DNA from: an uncultured Gemmatimonadales bacterium
GTDB lineage: Bacteria; Gemmatimonadota; Gemmatimonadetes; Longimicrobiales; Longimicrobiaceae
DNA length: 64,000 nucleotides
Direction: 5' to 3'
Assembly (NCBI GenBank): GCA_963716255.1
Contig: OY970303.1
Location: forward strand, 7,104,001-7,168,000
Positions 59,413-64,000 of this stretch are shown here, piece after piece. The notes below the pieces were generated by a model, which saw nothing but the letters and a program-made list of their open reading frames with translations, was not told where the DNA came from and did not search any database. Each line of letters opens with the position of its first letter. Position 1 is the stretch's first letter. The translations under genes and the position numbers were made by a program.

Positions 59413-60288
59413 ATGAAGCGGTGCCCCGGCTGCTCCACCCGGTTCCAGGGCGCGGCGTGGAGCTGCCCGGCGTGCGGCTGGACGCCGGACACGCTGGGCG
59501 GGGGGCCCGCCTTCGCGCCGGAGCTTTCCCGGGACGGCTACGAGGCCGCGTTCTTCGCGCCGCTCGCGGCGGCGGAGCCCGGCCACTTCTGGTTCGAGGT
59601 CCGCAACCGGCTGGTCACGGGCGCGCTGCGCAGGCACTTCGCCGGCGCGGAGCGCTTCCTGGAGGTGGGGTGCGGGACGGGGTTCGTGCTCGCCGGGGTG
59701 CGGCGGGCCTTTCCCGGGTGGGCGCTGACGGGGACCGACCTGTTCCCGGAAGGGCTCGAGTTCGCCCGGCGCCGCGTCCCGGAGGCCGCGCTCTTCCAGA
59801 TGGACGCCCGGCGGATGCCGTTCGAGGCGGAGTTCGACGTGGCGGGCGCCTTCGACGTGCTGGAGCACGTGGAGGAGGACGAGGCGGTGCTGGCCGAGAT
59901 GCGCCGCTCGGTCCGGCCCGGCGGGGGGATCCTCGTCACCGTCCCCCAGCACCCGCGCCTGTGGGGCCCGATGGACGACATCGCCCGCCACCGCCGCCGC
60001 TACACGCGGGCGGAGCTGGTGGGGAAGGTGGAGCGCGCGGGCTTCCGGGTGGAGCGGGTCACCTCCTTCGTGTCGCTGCTCCTGCCGCTCATGGCCGCGT
60101 CCCGCCTGCTGAGGCCGCGCCGCGGGGTGGAGGCGGACCCCATGGCGGAGCTCCGCGTCGCCCCGGCCGCGAACCGCGTCCTCGGGCTGGTGCTCGACGC
60201 GGAGCGCCGTCTCATCGAGCGGGGGGTGTCGTTCCCGGCGGGCGGCTCCCTCCTGCTGGCGGCCCGCCGCCCGCGCACCGCCCCGTAG
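59413..60288 (+). CDS. Class I SAM-dependent methyltransferase with N-terminal Zn-ribbon (CxxC-x10-CxxC)
   Basis: MKRCPGCSTRFQGAAWSCPACGW; HFWF..RN; LEVGCGTG; FDVLEHV; HRRRY. It is the C-terminal part of track ORF 58177..60288. Confidence 0.88.
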   Translation: MKRCPGCSTRFQGAAWSCPACGWTPDTLGGGPAFAPELSRDGYEAAFFAPLAAAEPGHFWFEVRNRLVTGALRRHFAGAERFLEVGCGTGFVLAGVRRAFPGWALTGTDLFPEGLEFARRRVPEAALFQMDARRMPFEAEFDVAGAFDVLEHVEEDEAVLAEMRRSVRPGGGILVTVPQHPRLWGPMDDIARHRRRYTRAELVGKVERAGFRVERVTSFVSLLLPLMAASRLLRPRRGVEADPMAELRVAPAANRVLGLVLDAERRLIERGVSFPAGGSLLLAARRPRTAP

Positions 60289-60306
60289 CCGGAGGATTCC
60301 AGGCCC

Positions 60307-61473
60307 GTGCAGATCATGCCGTACCGGTACGAGACCCTGGAGCGGGTCGTCCGCGGATACGAGGCGACCGGGGTCCCCCTGGTGGGCACGGACGGGCGCG
60401 TCTTCACCGCGGAGCCCTTCGTGGACGCGGGGATCGGGCTGTACTACTTCGTCCCCTGGATCGCCCGCACCCTGCACGTGTCCGTGGACGCGGCGCTGCG
60501 CATCTGGTCCGTGTCCGCCGTGGGGGCGGCGTGCGTCCTGGGGCTCGCGGGATCGCTCCTGCTCTTCCGCTCCGTGCACGCGCGGCTCGCGGCCGCCGTG
60601 GGGATGGGGGCTGTGCTGGCCCTGTGCCTGCGCTTCGGCGAGGGGTACCTCGCCGGCGGGGTGGCCGTGGTCGCGACGGTCCCCCTCTTCCTCCACCTGC
60701 ACCGCTCCGGCCGCCCGGCCGCGCTCCCGGCCTTCCTGTTCGCGGCCGGCGTGCTGGCGGGGGTCGCGGACGAGGTCCGCTCGCTGATCGGGACGCCCGT
60801 GCTGCTCTTCGTCCTGCTCGTCCTCGCGCTCGACGCCGCGACCCCGCGGGGCAGGCGCGTGCTGTGCGCGGGCGCGCTCCTGCTGGGGGCGGCGATCCCC
60901 CGGGTCCACGCGCACCGGCTGACCGCCGAGCGCGACGACTTCGTGCGCGCGGCCGCGGCGGGCCGGCCCCCGGCCGAGCGGGGCGACGCGATGTGGCACC
61001 CGGCCTACATCGGGCTCGGCTACCTCCCCAACCGGCACGGCATCACGTACCGCGACGAGTCGGCGATCGCCAAGGTCAGGTCGGTGGATCCGCGCGCGCC
61101 GTACCTGTCGCCGCGCTACACGTCGATCCTGCGCGGCGAGGTGTTCCGCATCGCGCGGGAGGACCCGGCCCTGGTGGCGCGGACGGTGGCGGCCAAGGGC
61201 TTCCGGATCCTCCTGTTCCTGGCGCTGTTCGCGAACGTGGGGCTCCTGGCGGCGCTCGCGGGTCCCCGCAGGTGGAGGCTGGAGCTCCCTTTCGCGGCCG
61301 CGACGGCGCTGGCCGCGCTCCCCGGCGTGGTGGGGCTCCCGGTGCTCCACTACGTGGTGGGCGCGCTCGCGTTCGCCGCCCTCTACGGCGCCGTGTCCCT
61401 GGAAGCCCGTTTCGGCTCCCCCGTTCCGGCCCTCGCGATGCCGCGGCCCGCCGCCCGCCCCCGTCCCGCATGA
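60307..61473 (+). CDS. Polytopic membrane protein (possibly GT-C fold glycan transferase)
   Basis: 388 aa with many hydrophobic helices and one hydrophilic loop (WHPAYIGLGYLPN...YRDE). ATGA-coupled to the next gene. Function inferred from context only. Confidence 0.65.
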   Translation: MQIMPYRYETLERVVRGYEATGVPLVGTDGRVFTAEPFVDAGIGLYYFVPWIARTLHVSVDAALRIWSVSAVGAACVLGLAGSLLLFRSVHARLAAAVGMGAVLALCLRFGEGYLAGGVAVVATVPLFLHLHRSGRPAALPAFLFAAGVLAGVADEVRSLIGTPVLLFVLLVLALDAATPRGRRVLCAGALLLGAAIPRVHAHRLTAERDDFVRAAAAGRPPAERGDAMWHPAYIGLGYLPNRHGITYRDESAIAKVRSVDPRAPYLSPRYTSILRGEVFRIAREDPALVARTVAAKGFRILLFLALFANVGLLAALAGPRRWRLELPFAAATALAALPGVVGLPVLHYVVGALAFAALYGAVSLEARFGSPVPALAMPRPAARPRPA

Positions 61474-62495
61474 TGCTTCCACTCACGGATGGGCGGCCGG
61501 GCCACGCCGGCGCGCCGGGCGGCGGGGCGTCGCTCAGCGTGGTGATCCCGGTGTTCAACGCATCGGCCAGCCTGGGGAGCGTCGCCGGCCGGCTGGCGCC
61601 CGTGCTCCCCGGGATCGCGGAGCGCTTCGAGGTCATCCTGGTCAACGACGGGAGCGCCGACGGGAGCTGGCGCGTGATCGAGGAGCTGGCCGCGTGCTTC
61701 CCCTGGGTCCGCGGCATCGACCTGGAGCGCAACTACGGGCAGCACGACGCGACCCTCTGCGGGATCCGGCACGCGAGGTTCGAGTACGTGGTCACCATGG
61801 ACGACGACCTGGAGCACCCGCCGGAGGGGGCCGCGAGCCTTCTCGCCCGCCTGCACGACGGGTACGACGTGGTGTACGGCACTGGCCCCGCGCCGCGCCG
61901 CGGCTGGGTGCGGGCGGTGGGGCGGTCCGTGATGAGGCCGGTGCTGCTGAGGCCGCTGGGGCGCGAGGGGGTGCTGCGCGCGACGTCGTTCCGCGCGCTG
62001 CGCACGGAGCTGCGCGCGGCGTTCCCGCAGCACGGCGAGTCCCCGGTGTGCCTGGACGTCCTCCTCGCCGGGGCGACGGACCGCTTCGCGTACGTTCCCG
62101 TGGAAACGGAGAGCCGACCCGGCGGCCGGTCCCGGTACTCGGTGCCCGGGCTGGTCGCGCGCTCCCTGGGGATCGCGCTGCGGGCGAGCACGCTGCCGCT
62201 GTGGGCGTGCGGGACCCTGGCGGCGGCGCTCGACCTGGCGTGCGCCGCGTGGCTCGCCCGCTTCCCGGACCCGGCGCGGGTCCTCCGCGCGCCCGTCGGC
62301 GGATCCGCCGCGGCGCTCCTCCTGGCGGTGAACCTGGTCTTTCTCGCCCTGTGCTCCGTCTACGCGGCCCGGCGGCGCGCCCGCGCCACGCCGGACGGCG
62401 GCTGCCGCGTGCGCCGTCAGACCGGTCCCGCGCGGGCGGCGGAGGGGCGCGGGCCGATGGCGCACGACGCCACGCGAGCCGGGGAGCCCCGGTGA
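61470..62495 (+). CDS. GT2 glycosyltransferase, ArnC/GtrB-like polyprenyl-phosphate glycosyltransferase
   Basis: SVVIPVFN, ILVNDGSADGS, RNYGQHDA..CG, VTMDDDLEHPP, YDVVYG, GRSRYS, and two C-terminal TM helices. ATG overlaps the upstream TGA. Confidence 0.88.
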   Translation: MMLPLTDGRPGHAGAPGGGASLSVVIPVFNASASLGSVAGRLAPVLPGIAERFEVILVNDGSADGSWRVIEELAACFPWVRGIDLERNYGQHDATLCGIRHARFEYVVTMDDDLEHPPEGAASLLARLHDGYDVVYGTGPAPRRGWVRAVGRSVMRPVLLRPLGREGVLRATSFRALRTELRAAFPQHGESPVCLDVLLAGATDRFAYVPVETESRPGGRSRYSVPGLVARSLGIALRASTLPLWACGTLAAALDLACAAWLARFPDPARVLRAPVGGSAAALLLAVNLVFLALCSVYAARRRARATPDGGCRVRRQTGPARAAEGRGPMAHDATRAGEPR

Positions 62496-63463
62496 TCGGC
62501 GAGCTGCCGGCGGCCGGGGAGGCGTCCCTCGTCCTCCCCCTCGCGGAGGGATACGCGTTCAACCCGTACCGCAACTACCGCATGCTGTCGCGCCGGGCGC
62601 GGGCCGCGGTGCTGGCGGCGGAGATCGAGGCGACGCTCGGGGACGCGGACGGGATCGTGTGCGTGCACGCGGCGGGGGGCGTGCGCGCGGCCGCCGTCGC
62701 GCGGCGCCTGCCGTGGGACTCGTCCTTCTTCGGCGTCCCCATGGCCCGCATCGACTACCTGCTGGGCGCCGACCCGGCGGCGCGCCTGGCGGCGCTGCGG
62801 GCGTGCCTCGTCCGGCTGCGCGGGGAGGGCGCGCGCCACGTTTCGGCACGGGTGGACGTGGCCGACGTGGAGGCCGCGGGCATGCTGGAGGAGTGCGGCT
62901 TCCGCCTCAAGGACGCGCTGGTGACGTACGCCGCGCGCCCCGGCCAGGACGTCGCCGACCGGGTCCGCACCTTCGGCAGCGTCCGCCCCCTGCGGGACGA
63001 GGACGGTCCCGGGCTGGTGGCGATCGCCCGGGCGGCGTTCCGGAGCTTCCGCGGCCGGTTCCACGCGGACGCGAGCCTGCCCAGGGACCGGGTGGACGCG
63101 TTCTACGAGGAGTGGGCGCGGCAGTGCCTTTCCATGCAGATGGCGCAGACCGTGCTCGTGTCCGAGGCCAGCGACGGCAGCCTGCTGGGGTTCCTCGCGT
63201 TCCGCCGCCGCGAGCCGGTCTCCACCGTGTCCGGGGTCCCCGTGTTCGGCGGCGGCCTGGGGGCGTGCCGGCCGGACGCAGCGGGCGCCTACGCCGGGCT
63301 GATCCGCGCGGGGACGCTGTGGGCGCACCAGCGCGGCGGCGTGGCCGAGTGCCAGACCCAGAACCACAACTTCCCCACCATCCGCATCTACGAGGCGGTG
63401 GGCGCGCGCTACGTGCGCGCCGAGTACACCTTCCACCTGTCGCTGGACGCCGACCCCGCCTGA
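62492..63463 (+). CDS. GNAT acetyltransferase, WecD/RffC (dTDP-4-amino-sugar acetyltransferase)-like
   Basis: LPWDSSFFG, GRFHAD...FYEEW and TQNHNFPTIRIYEAVG..Y..FH resemble WecD-type motifs. GTG start overlaps the upstream TGA. Confidence 0.75.
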   Translation: MIGELPAAGEASLVLPLAEGYAFNPYRNYRMLSRRARAAVLAAEIEATLGDADGIVCVHAAGGVRAAAVARRLPWDSSFFGVPMARIDYLLGADPAARLAALRACLVRLRGEGARHVSARVDVADVEAAGMLEECGFRLKDALVTYAARPGQDVADRVRTFGSVRPLRDEDGPGLVAIARAAFRSFRGRFHADASLPRDRVDAFYEEWARQCLSMQMAQTVLVSEASDGSLLGFLAFRRREPVSTVSGVPVFGGGLGACRPDAAGAYAGLIRAGTLWAHQRGGVAECQTQNHNFPTIRIYEAVGARYVRAEYTFHLSLDADPA

Positions 63464-63464
63464 C

Positions 63465-64000
63465 ATGCTGCGCAAGCCCACTTCGCCGTTCCGCCTCGTC
63501 CTCGCGGCGGCGCTCCTCGCCGGGGCCGCGCCGTCCGCGGCGCAGGAGGCGCGGCTGCGCGGCGACCCGGCCGCCGGGAGCGAGGTGGAGGAGTACCTGC
63601 GCTTCCTGCAGACGACGGGCGAGGTGGCGCCGGGTCCCTGGTCGCTGCGCGGCTTCGGCCGCGCGGAAGCGGACCGGCTGCTCCCGCCGCCCTCCGGGCA
63701 TCCCTGGGCGGACCACCCGGCGCTCCGGCACGACTCGTCGGGCGCGGTGGTGGAGGCGCTGCCCGTGAGGACGAGGGCGTGGTACAACTCGGCCTTTCCG
63801 TTCGCGGCCAACGACGGGGCGGTGTGGGCCGGACGGGGAGCGACGGTGGCGGTGGAGGCGGGGGTGGCGGTGCGGGCGGGCCCCTTCTCGCTCGCCCTCC
63901 GGCCGGTGGCGTTCGTTGCCGAGAACCGCGACTTCGACGTGAGGGGCAACGGCAAGGACGGCGAGCGGGCCTTCGCGGACGGGCTGCGGCCCGACGTCAT
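63465..64000 (+). CDS. Second Wzi-like secreted/outer-membrane protein, 3'-truncated (absent from the ORF track)
   Basis: ATG 63465: MLRKPTSPFRLVLAAALLAGAAPSAAQ (signal peptide)...WYNSAFPFAANDGAVWAGRG, matching WNSDAPFSLNDGVLWAGRG of the 56700..58373 protein. Confidence 0.75.
   Translation, partial: MLRKPTSPFRLVLAAALLAGAAPSAAQEARLRGDPAAGSEVEEYLRFLQTTGEVAPGPWSLRGFGRAEADRLLPPPSGHPWADHPALRHDSSGAVVEALPVRTRAWYNSAFPFAANDGAVWAGRGATVAVEAGVAVRAGPFSLALRPVAFVAENRDFDVRGNGKDGERAFADGLRPDV

Noticed and set aside
58177..62495. Track ORFs 58177..60288, 58388..59386, 59421..62495 and 61694..63463 as full-length proteins
   Set aside because: Their N-terminal parts are spurious extensions over neighbouring genes. 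Plausible starts are 59413, 58637, 61470 and 62492.
62417..64000. Minus-strand ORF 62417..64000 (527 aa)
   Set aside because: Antisense to the GNAT and second Wzi-like genes, which have recognisable motifs. No features of its own.

Overview
Very GC-rich bacterial DNA. A Gemmatimonadota/Longimicrobium-like host is my inference from gene style only. About 88% of the window is megasynthetase on the + strand. First comes a 5'-truncated hybrid NRPS-PKS (<1..11332: T-KS-AT-ACP-C-A[Ala]-T-E-C-A[beta-Ala]-T). Next is a single 44.5 kb, 14,829-aa NRPS gene (12052..56541) with 14 C-A-T modules, no epimerase and no release domain. Its manually read A-domain codes give Ser-Ser-X-Z-Gln-Ser-(Phe-like)-(Arg/Lys-like)-(Leu)-(Leu)-Ile-Ile-Z-Z, where X and Z are codes I do not recognise and Z has a Lys+Arg pocket. 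Each megasynthetase gene is followed by a copy of the same ~130-150 nt structured element, and the two copies show compensatory base-pair changes. The last 7.3 kb is a surface-glycan locus: two Wzi-like outer-membrane proteins, two SAM methyltransferases, a polytopic membrane protein, an ArnC/GtrB-like GT2 and a WecD-like GNAT. Domain boundaries are approximate and specificity calls are by-eye alignments to GrsA positions, not tool output.
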